DNA of 64,000 nucleotides from Eledone cirrhosa (taxonomy: Eukaryota), in NCBI GenBank assembly GCA_964016885.1, contig OZ024745.1, forward strand, positions 110,236,001 to 110,300,000, in the 5' to 3' direction. Positions 40,562 to 53,725 of this stretch are shown piece after piece. Each line of letters begins with the position of its first letter. Position 1 is the stretch's first letter. The notes under the pieces are model-generated. The model had not been told where the DNA came from. It searched no databases and saw nothing but the letters and a program-made list of their open reading frames with translations. Both the position numbers and the translations under genes were made by a program.

Positions 40562-41805
40562 TATAGTCTATATATTGTCTAACCCATGCTAGCATGGAAG
40601 ATAGACGTTAAACGATGATGATCATGATGATATCAGGCACTGTGTTTTTCAATGTGTCCTTTCTTCTGTAAGACAACAAGATGTGATTTGTGAGAGATGT
40701 GGCTTCTATTTCTATCAAGTCACATGATCATATAGAAGCTCTCTAGTTGGCAGTGTTAAATAATTACTGAAGATGGTGTTATTGCAATATGCAGGCATAT
40801 TTAAGATGCCTCACGAATTTTAAATCAATAACCAGATTGAATTTTATATTGTCCCTTCTTATCTATAGAATACAACTGAGACATTACATGTGAAATATAG
40901 ATTGATTTCCATCACTAACTATAGTTGCTGCAGCACTTAATGTTGACATGTACTTATTAAATGGATCTTCTGCATAAATAATATGCAGAGTAAACATTTG
41001 AAGTGCTGCACAAACGCTGTTGTTTATTAGCATTGATCAATCGATACAAAAGAGAGAGCTTAGCAAGGAAAAATATTCTGCACTACTGAATGTCTATATT
41101 GAAAATATTGAAATTGGGATATGAAGAAACAATACAACAGCAGTTGTCACAAAAGCTTCTATGTGGTTGCTATTTATTTATTTATTTATTTTCATTTTGT
41201 TTTCTTCAGAGTTACAGCATCCGAGAAATCAACTGTATAATTATTAAAGTCACTAATTTAGCTGTCACAAAAAGTAAATGCAAAAATATTAAACCTTATT
41301 ATTATGGTAGTGGTGGTAGTAGTGGTAGTGGTGGCAATGATGATGAAGAAGAAGAAGAAGAAGAAGGACGCCAAAGAATGTATTTGAATTGCTTAATAAA
41401 GAGAATGAGTGATTTAGAGTACAAGGCAATATTTATAAAAGGAGTTGACAACTGTTTTATATTTATACATGAATTCTTGATGGAATTTTCTATTTAGATT
41501 ATCATTATATTAGCAAAAGACCAGCCAATAGTTATCAAATAATTTGCATTCAAAACAATTTTTTACTGTTATTATTTCAAGTTTATATGTTCCTTCCTTT
41601 TTTTAATATTCTGAAACATTCTTCATTCCCACTTTTACAATTCCAGATAATTATTTCAAAATTCATTTAAAAAATTATTGAGTAGGAAATCAGTAAGATC
41701 AAGAAAATATTTCTAAAAATGAATTATTGCTCATTTATGCATAACTCTATTTCTTAAAAGGAAGAAATATAGTCAACACCATTGATGTCCCTACATTTAT
41801 TGCTT

Positions 41806-42000
41806 TAAACCTTTAGTATATAAACCAGCCATATCTGGCCAGAATTCTCTCACCTCTTTCTGTTCAAACCGGCCATAACCAGCGCTCATACTGACGTTAA
41901 GGTATTGTTATCAAAATAGATAATATTAAAATCTCGTATGTTCTATATTATGTGAGAGAATACAATAGTATATATAAAGTAATGTATATGCTAAAGGGTT
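41806..42000. mobile_element. piggyBac-like MITE
   Basis: Colinear with 56219-56456; ends ATGCTAAAGGGTT. Confidence 0.8.
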
Positions 42001-42084
42001 TTGAATAAACTCAATCATGCCTGGATTTACTTGACAAAACCAAATATTGTAGTGTTGTGTGTCATAAACTCCCAATATTAATAT

Positions 42085-43156
42085 ATCTACCATGAACATA
42101 AACACAACACACAACAGTTATATATCTACCATCAACATAAACACAACAATAATATATCTACCATCAATATAAACACAACACACAACAATAATATATCTAC
42201 CATCAACATACACACAGCATCTATATGTCTGCCATCAACATAAACACAACACAACACACAACATCTATATGTCTGCCATCCACATAAACACAACACAACA
42301 CACAACATCTATGTGTCTGCCATCAACATAAACACACCACAACACACAACATCTATATGTCTGGCATCAACATAAACACAACACAACACTCAACATCTAT
42401 ATGTCTGGCATCAACATAAACACAACACAACACACAACATCTATATGTCTGCCATCAACATAAACACAACACAACACTCAACATCTATATGTCTGCCATC
42501 AACATAAACACAACACAACACAACACACAACATCTATATGTCTGCCATCAACATAAATACACCACAACACACAACATCTATATGTCTGCCATCAACATAA
42601 ACACAACACAACACAACACACAACATCTATATGTCTGCCATCAACATAAATACACCACAACACACAACATCTATGTGTTTGCCATCAACATAAACACAAC
42701 ACAACACACAACATCTATATGTCTGCCATCAACATAAACACAACACAACACACAACATCTATATGTCTGCCATCAACATAAACACAACACAACACACAAC
42801 ATCTATATGTCTGCTATCAACATAAACACAACACAACACACAACATTTATGTTTGCCATCAATATAAACACACCACAACACACAACATCTATATGTCTGC
42901 CATCAACATAAACACACCACAACACAACACACAACATCTATATGTCTGCTATGAACATAAACACAACACAACACACAGCATCTATATGTCTGCCATCAAC
43001 ATAAACACAACACAACACACAACATCTATATATATATATACTATCAACATAAACACAACACACAACATATATATGTCTGCCATCAACATAAACACAACAC
43101 AACACACAACATCTATATATATATATACTATCAACATAAACACAACACACAACATC
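42085..43156. repeat. About 44-bp minisatellite with variable ACAAC subunits, more than 20 units
   Basis: Unit CATCAACATAAACACAACACAACACACAACATCTATATGTCTGC. Confidence 0.95.
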
Positions 43157-45627
43157 TTGTCTAGGAATTGAACCCACAACCTTATTATCATGAGCCCAAT
43201 CCCACTATGCCATGTGCTTTCTTTTTGTATGACACTAATTTTTGTTATAATGATATTGATTTTTGAGTTGGTGTCGGGAAGAACATCCAGCTGTAAAACA
43301 TTGCTTCAAAAAATCCTCTCTAGCCTTTACCAACTTGGACACATGGGTGTAAAAATGATGATGGTGATTATGATTACCTTGAAAGGAACCTTTAGACTGT
43401 CACAATAAATTCAAAGTATGATACATTAACTGAAATGGCTACAAACTTGTATTTCACACACTGTTCAATGCATGTCAACTATCACAATACATCCCAAACA
43501 TTGAGCAAGTTATCAAGTTAACCAAAAATTTAACTAACAGACATCTATTGAGCTTAAACTGACAAATATATTTATTTTTGATTATGCTTTCCTTGGAAAA
43601 AGGCAACCTCCCTATTGTTGGTGCTACAATAAAAGGGTTTGCCTATGAAGAGTCTGGTTGATGCACCCCTCCATATGCATTTTCTCAAATTATACAAAAT
43701 CAGAGATTTACTATTTTATATTTTTATATTTTTATACAATCAATACTATAGAATTTCTAGGTTTTCTAGCCTAAAAGGAACGATCAACTTTCGTCAAATC
43801 GGACCGAGGGAACAATGTTTCCGTTGGTCTTTCCAATTGCTAATACTATCTATCGGTCGCAACTCCAGGTAGAAGGAGCAACGTGAAATAAAGTGTCTTG
43901 CTCAAGGACATAACACATTGCCTGGTCCAGGAATCGAACTCACAACCTTACGATTGCGAATCCAATTCTCTAACCACTCAGCCACACGCCTTCATTTCTA
44001 GCCTAATGATATAAATTTAGCAGTAAAAGCAGTTTGCATCACTCAGCATCAATACAAAAAATATCAACAAATAAAATTAGCAACAAAAAGATCTACTTGG
44101 AAAGTTCAAATTGTGAAAAACAAATCGTTAAAATGGAATGTTTCTCCTAGAGATTAACTTAACTCTGTGAGAATTTTATAAATTAACTTGTAAACAACTC
44201 TAAGTTTTATTCTGCAGCGAAAAAAAAAAAAAATTGTTTTAAAATTTTGCATCAAAATGTTATTAATGACTGGAAAATTTTGATAGTCTTTCTGAAAAGA
44301 AAAAAACATTATTTGACAAAAACTATGATGAGATCTATACAGGAATGATTCGTAACTGCTCACAATTTGGGGTTTTATTGTTTTTAATTACTTTTTATCA
44401 CATATTTGAATCTAAAGCTTGCTTTGTTTTGTCTTCATGGTAATAAGCAACATCTAGGATATATGGGAAATAAGCAAATACATAAAAGAACATGGTGGAA
44501 TAATTATGACATGAAGCAGCCAGGAAAAATGGACATAACTGCATAGAAATTGATAGGAAGACGGAAGCATAACAGCACTTTAATGAAGCATTGAAACCAG
44601 TGTACATAAATCAAGAAATAATTATTTCATTGGCCAACATAAAGGTATATTACATTTGACAAAAACTAAGGAAGTGTTTAGGATAAATTAGATACCTATG
44701 AAGTATAAATAGGCACACTCATGAACACATAAAATCACATAAAATTACATACATACATATCCATGATACAATATTCACATACAGATACAATATTCACATA
44801 AACATAAACGTACACACATATAATCACATCTTTATGTATGGCTATATAAATGTACATTTTTATACAATTATACACGTATATAAAACAGAGGCCTAGATAT
44901 ATGCTGTATTGTTTGTGTCCTGTGTGCGTGTATGTGTGATCATGTGAGTAACACAAACACTGCAAGAATGTAAACAAATAAAGAAGAAAACAAACAAACA
45001 AACAAACAAAATTAAAGAACTGATCCAAATTTTATGTTTTCAAGCTTGATATTGTTGACCCAGCACACAAGGAAATAGCATCATGCATCAGGGATATATA
45101 AAATTTTATAAAATACAACAACAACAGAACCTGAGTCAGCAGAACGGAAAAAAAAAAAAAATAAAAATAAAAACGAAACTTTCAGTACGACAAGTAGATT
45201 TCACCTCTTTGCTAAATAACAGCACTTCAAAACATTTTTCAGAGCTATTAAAAGAAATTGTTTTTAAAATAACAACAGCAAAAACAAATAGAACAGATTA
45301 CAAATAAAGCAGATTAGCCTTATAATGGTGAAAGAGAGGAACAGTAGAGAGTGAAATGATCACCCGAGCTGCAAGGACTTTGTAAAATGAAATGAGGTGG
45401 TACAACTTAGTAAATGACGAACACAAAAGGAGCTCCCTTTGCTGCACATTCTAATATCGCTAAAAGAATCACAGATATGAAAATAAGGCATTTTCCATAG
45501 AGGAACGAAAGCAGGAAGTCTGAAAGAATACAACAAACAGGATTAGAAACTGGCCATACATCATTAATTTGAAGGGGGTGGAAAAGAAAGGGAATCCAAA
45601 CATATAGACATATCAATCCATTTCCTG

Positions 45628-45929
45628 CATATATATATGTATACATGTATGTATGCATATATATATATGTATATACATATATAAACATATATATGTATTA
45701 TATATATATATATGTATATACATACATATGTATTATATATATATATGTATGTATGTATACATATATATGTATTATATATATATATATGTATTATATATAT
45801 ATATGTATATATGTATATACATATATAATTATATATATACATACATATATATATATATATGCATATATATACATATATATGTATTATATATATATATGTA
45901 TATATGTATATACATATATAATTATATAT

Positions 45930-45998
<69 letters not shown>

Positions 45999-46033
45999 TA
46001 TATATACATATATATGTATTATATATATATATG

Positions 46034-46095
<62 letters not shown>

Positions 46096-46250
46096 TTATG
46101 CATATATATACATATATATATATATGTATCATCATCATCATTTTACGTCCAAACATGCATATTCACTAAGTTTACCTGAATGCATTTAAGCATAAAAATG
46201 TGTGTGTGTGCCATCATCATCTTCATCCTTCTACATACAATCTTTTTTAT

Positions 46251-46283
<33 letters not shown>

Positions 46284-46357
46284 CATTAGATATATATAAA
46301 TATTTATATATATATATATTTATATATATATACACATTAGATATATATATATACATT

Positions 46358-46431
<74 letters not shown>

Positions 46432-46533
46432 TAGATATATATATATTTATATATACATTATATATATATATATATACATTAGATATATATATATATATAT
46501 ACACATTAGATATAGATATATATTTATATATAC

Positions 46534-46577
<44 letters not shown>

Positions 46578-46580
46578 CAT

Positions 46581-46641
<61 letters not shown>

Positions 46642-46752
46642 TACATATATATATATATATATATATACATTAGATATATACACACATACACATACATATC
46701 CCAGCCAATGCTTGCTAGCATACAAAACGGACGTTAAACAATGATTATGAAG

Positions 46753-46785
<33 letters not shown>
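45628..46785. repeat. Compound (TA)n field with ACATTAGAT and GTATTATA variant units
   Basis: Directly visible. Confidence 0.95.
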
Positions 46786-46787
<2 letters not shown>

Positions 46788-47754
46788 ACATTGGTATAGT
46801 CTTCAAATTGAAAAAATCGACACACATGTGTGCACATTGTAGTCACACAAACGCAGACACATATCTCTGTGGGTTCAACATATATTTCATGGAGAAAGAA
46901 TTATACTGTTGCTTATTGGTATTTTTATATCATATCAAATTTTACATATTTTGCTTGTTATTAACATTATGCTATTGTTTTACTTTTTAAACAAATATTT
47001 TCATTATTTATTTCTTTTAACAAGTTTTAATGTGTATTTTTATTTATTTATTTATTTATTATTCATTTATTTATATTAATTTATTCATTTATTTATTTTA
47101 ACATCTAAACTCCCTTTTCAATAAACTCTGCAAAGAAAATTACTATTTAATTCCGTCTAAAGTAAAAATTGCAATGGAATAATACAATTAATGTACCGTT
47201 ATTTTCTGCTCCTATCGTTATCAACAGATACAAAAACAATACAAAAGTAGAATAAAATAACAGAAAACCAACAGAAAACGTATCAGAAAGACCAAAATAA
47301 TAAAAGTAGACAACTTTTCCATCAGGAGTATTTCCTATTTAGTATAAGAAATGAAAATTAAATTTCAACAAGCTTTATGACTTTCCAAAATACTTTGTGG
47401 AACAGTGCAGAAAGAAATGAGCAACAAATATTTTCAAAGAATTAACATCTCTTCTTTTACAAGATTAAATTAGTTGTTCTTATTGTTGCTGTTGCTGCAA
47501 TTATTGTTGTTGTTAAAAGAAAGGGAAAGTGTAGCTTATTAAGTATGTATGTGGATAAACGAAACATGTATGTATGTGCGTTGGTTTTCTACATCTACCA
47601 CTCAACGCACATACGATTACACATATATTTATGTTATCTATAATATATATATATATGTATGTATGTATGTATATATATGTATGTATGTATATATGTATGT
47701 ATATATATGTATATATATATATGTATGTACATATATAAGTATGTGTATATATAT

Positions 47755-48163
47755 CGGGAGAGATGACCCCTTAGCCTTTGTCAAGGCAGAATTCTAGGAG
47801 AAGGAAAACTCTGATATAACACCTGCAACCCTGATGGTATCCAATGATGTTGACTTGTTCTTCTTTTTGGTAAATATCATCTTGGTTAAGAGAGTGGGAC
47901 TGGCTTTGTGCAGTGCCTTTGCTCACTATAAAAGCTTCATGGCACAGGCATTGCTTTATATCTGGAGATCTTTCTGCACTTGTCGTCACATAGTACCATG
48001 GGCCCAGCACTATATGTCAATAATTGTATTTACACATAATTGTACCAGAGTTTTCAAGTCGCTGGCTGGACTAAAAAGTCACACTCGTTCAGTGCATCGG
48101 TAGGGGTTCTCCTACATGGATATAAAGTAGTGGCTGTACTCGAAAACGAGTTGGCAGCCACCA
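47755..48163 (+). mobile_element. Probable non-autonomous or deleted LINE remnant with terminal C2H2-like knuckle
   Basis: GC-richer island between (TA)n tracts; ORF ends [22 protein letters not shown], like LINE C-terminal zinc fingers. Confidence 0.5.
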
Positions 48164-48197
48164 TGTGTATATATATATGTATGTATATATATATGTG

Positions 48198-48247
<50 letters not shown>

Positions 48248-48303
48248 TGTGTATATATATATAATATATATGTATATATATATATATATATATATGCGTG
48301 TGT

Positions 48304-48426
<123 letters not shown>

Positions 48427-48470
48427 AAGTTAAATAAAAGTCAAATGATTAAAATTTAGCTTCGTTTATT

Positions 48471-48527
48471 ACTGCTATATATATATTTCAGTGACAGCCA
48501 TCTTTGGCTGTGACCTCTTCAGGCAGT
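48471..48527 (-). ncRNA. Type I hammerhead ribozyme (left arm)
   Basis: ACTGC-CTGAAGA-GGTCACAGCCA-AAGA-TGGCTGTCACT-GAAA-(TA)5^-GCAGT. Confidence 0.75.
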
Positions 48528-48726
48528 TTGAATTAGTATGGTATAGACAAGTACATATGTTGTTTAGGTGTATAATATTGTCAATACTCTGATATACCTA
48601 GTTCCTTGTTTGGTTGTTAATTCACTGAGGAACTGGACTCCAGTTCCTCAGTGAATATTATACACCTAAACATGAATATTATACACCTAAACAACATATG
48701 TACTTGTCTATACCATACTAATTCAA

Positions 48727-48785
48727 ACTGCCTGAAGAGGTCACAGCCAAAGTTGGCTGTCACTGAAATATATATATATAGCAGT
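48727..48785 (+). ncRNA. Type I hammerhead ribozyme (right arm)
   Basis: ACTGC-CTGAAGA-GGTCACAGCCA-AAGT-TGGCTGTCACT-GAAA-(TA)6^-GCAGT, followed by AATAAA. Confidence 0.78.
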
Positions 48786-48926
48786 AATAAACAAAGCTAA
48801 ATTTTAATCATTTGACTTTTATTTAACTTTATTTTACACTACTCCGGAGTAACCAAACCAACCTACGCACTTCGTCGAGTGCTCCAGCCTGCATACTGAG
48901 GTGTTGGTATACAACCAACATAAACT

Positions 48927-48975
<49 letters not shown>

Positions 48976-49371
48976 TATATATATATACTTATATATATAT
49001 ATATATATATATATTTACATTAGATTTTTTTCTTTTTTTGCATTATAGACAAATAAGTAAACCCTAGAACACACATAAAATGTACACAAATGCACACATA
49101 TAGTCAAACATCCACCCTCGTACACACTATTGGTCCATATCATATCTATTGATAATTCATTGATAGTATATAGATAAAACTATTATTTGATATAGTTTAA
49201 AAGAAGTATGATTTATATTTTAAGCTACAAGTTGAGTCAATTATCAAATATGTAATCAGATTGCTCTACTAATGTTTACAATTAACTCCATTAATGTCAC
49301 AACTTCAACAGAAACTCTAAAAATAAAAGCCTAAATATAAATTACTGCAACTAAGTATATATATATATATA

Positions 49372-50070
49372 TTTCGTCTCTTTGTTGCTACAGTTGACTC
49401 TGTGCTGCTGTACGGGTCTGAGACTTGGACACTAACCAAGAGACTCACTCAGATGGTGGCTGGGTGTTACATGAAAATGCTGCGGATGGCTCTGAACATT
49501 AATCAGTATACACTGAAGAGGAAGAAGTCAGGGTTGTATGGGAGCCTCCCAAAAGTCAACTCGAAAGTGACAGAGAGGAGACTGAGGTTAGCTGGACATG
49601 CTCACCGACACTATTTCTAGCAGATCGAGCGACTACAACCAGTTCTCCCTCTCCCTCTGCTCACAATCGAGATAACCAAGCGCTATTTATCCCTCTCAAT
49701 CCTGAGTCCAAACTCTTTTGGGATAGCTAGTCTTTTCTCCCTACTGATATCCTTATCTAACTATCATAAGGTATATATTAATCAGTATATCCTGAGGATG
49801 AAGAACTCAGAGCTGTATGGGAGCCTCCCAAAAGACAGCCCGAAAGTGACAGAGAGGAGACATGCTCACCAACATTCTGTGTTGACACTGCACTCAATAG
49901 TCCTGTGGGAGCACCTACAAGGACACACTAGAAGAGGGAGACTGAGGAAGACATATGTTGATGGCCTATGGACAGACACTGGTCTCTGGGAGATGCAGGA
50001 CATAGCAGCGATGATGAAGCACAGAGACTGCTGGAGAGAACTCGTTCATGGATCTCGGGAATTTTACTCG
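49372..50070 (+). mobile_element. RTE-like LINE 3' fragment (third family), interrupted and partly duplicated
   Basis: LLYGSETWTLT..MLRMALNI..RRLRLAGH; segment 49501-49610 recurs at about 49780-49874. Confidence 0.8.
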
Positions 50071-50089
50071 CCTGAGATAGAGATATATG

Positions 50090-50590
50090 AGAGTAAGTTT
50101 TGGGTGCTACTGTTTCTGTTGACAACAAAAGATATCTCTATATGAAAGAAAGGCCAGTAGTATGATGCCTGGGAATGAGGTGCAATGTAACATAAACATG
50201 AAACATGGGCTGTATAGGCAGAGAGTATGTAAAGGCTAGAGAAAAATATTAGTGAGCATGCTTCAATGGTTATCAGATATTAATGTGTCAACAGTTAAGC
50301 ATGGATGAGCTGAGAAAAAAATTGTGTATAATAGGAATCAAATGTAGTATACAAGGGGGTACAGACATGTAATGTGTATGAATGATGACCATTGGATAAA
50401 AAATGCCAGGAGCTCTTAGTGGAAGGAAGCTGCAGTAGAGGAAAACCTGGGCATAAGTGGTGAGAGCAGGTCTCAAACCACTGAACTTCACAGAGGAGAT
50501 GACAAAGGTACATGACTTGTGGGCACTGTGCTCAAAAGACCCATCCAACCCAGCAAGCATGAAACAAGGGCCATAAAAGGGTAATGATGA
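50090..50590 (+). mobile_element. RTE LINE 3' fragment, old
   Basis: Colinear with 6050-6465. Confidence 0.7.
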
Positions 50591-53539
50591 TTGGATACCA
50601 AAGAAATGGTTAGGGGGACCTTTCAATTGTGTCAAGGATATGACAACCTCCCTGGTGTTGGTGTCATGATAAAATTCACTTGGTGGAGCATGGGACATTT
50701 TAATCACTAGATCCTATCTACATATCCTGAACTGGTACTGAACTCACAAACTAAACATTTATTTCCACTCATAAACTCAATGTTTAAATCCATCATGCCA
50801 AAATATGTTTTGCCCAGCTTTCAAATTACCAATAAATGTTAAGTAGTTTTTTTAAGGAAAACAATTAACATGCATAATAGAAATTAGCTAATGTTACTTG
50901 GTAAAGTAATTTTATATCTAATCATGTGGTTCCAGTAGACTGGTACCTTAATATATGCTTCTTACTATATCTTTAAAAAAAACATGTGTATAAGAGATGT
51001 TGCTATATGGAAAACCTGCAACATAAGATTCAGTCAGCACTTCTAATTTATGTCTGGATAGAAAACTATAAAAATTATGATGAAGAGCTTTATGTTGTGA
51101 GAAAACAATATTTTTGACACATCCTGTTGGCATCCACGTAGAAAATTGTTTGTATTTTAAGAGTAGTGATCCTAAAGATAGTTGTATTTGCTTGGGTAAA
51201 GTTATAGAATTCCATTGCCAAGAATTTCAAGCTTCAACTCCAGAATGGGTCAGAGAGACGCCAGTGTGACCTATGGTGTGTCTTGGGCATTAAAACCTGG
51301 CTGAACCCATCCCTCTCAAGGCCTGCCTCTAGCCAATTTCTTCCAGTGACAAATTGAGAAGGAAAGAGAGAAGAATCAACTCCAATACTGGACTGGTACT
51401 TTATTTATCAACCCAGGTGAAATGAAAGGCAAAGTTGCCCTTAGCAAAATTTTATCTGTGCATGCAGTAAGTCAGAACAAATACTGCAAGCTATTCCATC
51501 TGATGTTGTAAAGATTCTTCTAATTTGCAGTTTTTTTAAAACAATTTTCTTAACCTCGAATTACTGAAGCAAATTTTCTTTGAAATAAGCAAGTGTATTA
51601 ATATTCTAATTTTATTTGAAATAGTTTGAAATATGAAGTTAAAATACACTAAAGATTTGAAGGCATTTCATAATCCAATATGTCTAGATTTGTTTTGCTT
51701 CCATAGAAAGTGTCAAGTATTGTTTATAAGACATGCTGACATTTTTGGTAACTTTAATTTTACAACATGGAATCGTACCAAATGGTTGCAATCATTCTTC
51801 ATAGCCCTTTAGATAAGGTAAATATTTCTTATAGATAGGTAAAACAAGACTCTTGCATGAAATTATGGAAAGTTTAGTTTAGATATAAAAACTTTAATAT
51901 TGGGGATTTTGTAACATAGAATGAGAAGAGTTCTGAATCAGATTGGTCTGAATACTGTATCAATGGATAAGATTTGTAGCTACAGACAAGTTGATTAGAT
52001 AATTAAACGTGTCATTTGATGGTACCAGATGATGAATTAATGTCTAAACTACTTGAAATGTCATTTTAAAATAACACTTCCCTTTCCAGAAAAAAATATG
52101 CACTGTAAATCTTCCATATGCAAAACAATTCTTAAAAAATGCTGAAATGATTTCAGAAATTATTATCATATGTTAGCAAATTGGCAGAATCATTAGAGTA
52201 TCAGACAAAATGCTTTGCAGAATTTAGTTATGGCTCTTTACATTTTGAGTTCAAATCCGATTGAGGCCAACTTTGCCTTTCATCCCTTTGGGGTCAATAA
52301 AATTAACTTTCTTTTGCCTCAAAATTAAAAACCATTTTTATAAGCTAGCAATAATTTGTTATCAACATGAGTAAACATAGACTTTGTTACTAATATTGAA
52401 TTTTTACAAAAGAACAAGACCTCAAATTTGAAGGAAGAGAAGAGTTGATAATTTAGACCTCAGTATTTGACTGTTATTTTTGTTTACCAACCCAGATATC
52501 AACTTTAAACATTAAAAGCTAGAATATCAGTGACTATAAGTAATTAGAAACATACCTGGTGTATTACATATTAGTAGCCTCTGTCTTTGATGAACTTCTC
52601 TAAACCATAAATTTACATAGTTTGGGTTTATCAAATGATGAGGCTTTAGTTTAAATGCCTGCGATCAATATTGTAAATATGTTTTTTGAGTTTGGAAGAG
52701 GTTATTTGAAAGATTACTTACTTTTCTACAGAAGTACTATATTAAAATCAGAATAAAAATGGAATAGAATATATGGAAAATAGTTGGCAAATATAGAATT
52801 GGTTAAGTAAATGCATCTTATCTACTTTATAATGGATAGCCAGATTTACAGACACAGACATAGGTGTCGGCAAAAAAAGGGAAAATAAAATAAAAACAAG
52901 GGAAATTTGGAAATAATGAGATTGCTGAGGATGTGAATGCAATTTAATAAAAATAAACAAATATAAAACATGATAAAGTATATAGACTAAGTATATTTCA
53001 AATGATATATTTCTGTTATTAGTTGTTGAAACAGATCCACAAGATTGTATGGAGTAATTTAAAACTGTATTTATTCCATTCAACTATTAATCATGCAAAT
53101 TCTTTTCAACAGAAACATGAATTAAATGCATTTGTTAATATACATTGGAATTCTCTTTTTTTTTCTCTTTTTTTTTCTCTTTTTTTTTCTCTTTTTTTTT
53201 CTCTTTTTTTTCTCTTTTTTTTTCTCGTTGTGTCACTCATACATCAGTTTTATACAGGAACTGCTGGGTGAAATGTAAATATTTTGAATCAAGAAAGGAG
53301 AACGAATGATTCAAGAATTATTGGTCTGTAAATTAAAGAGAAATCAACAAATGAATAACCATCAGACTAAATGGTGCCTCAACATACTTTCATGTTCACA
53401 GACAAATTATAAATGCTAATTACTTTACTTCGGTCAAAAAAATTATTTTACAAAATAAAAAATGAAAAATGAAATTTTAATTCTTTTGTTTAAAATTGAA
53501 TTTCAGGATATTTCATGATTATCCTGGGTGAAATTCTTT

Positions 53540-53725
53540 CATCATCAACACCACCACAGCCACCATTAACACCACCACAACCACCATCAACACCACCACC
53601 ACTACCATCACCCTACCACCAACACTACTGCTTCCACCACCACCACCAGTGTCACCATCACCACCACCACCATCATCAACACCACCAATACCACCACCGC
53701 CATCCTACCACCACCTTCATCAACA
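53540..53725. repeat. Imperfect (CAC)n trinucleotide repeat
   Basis: Directly visible. Confidence 0.9.
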
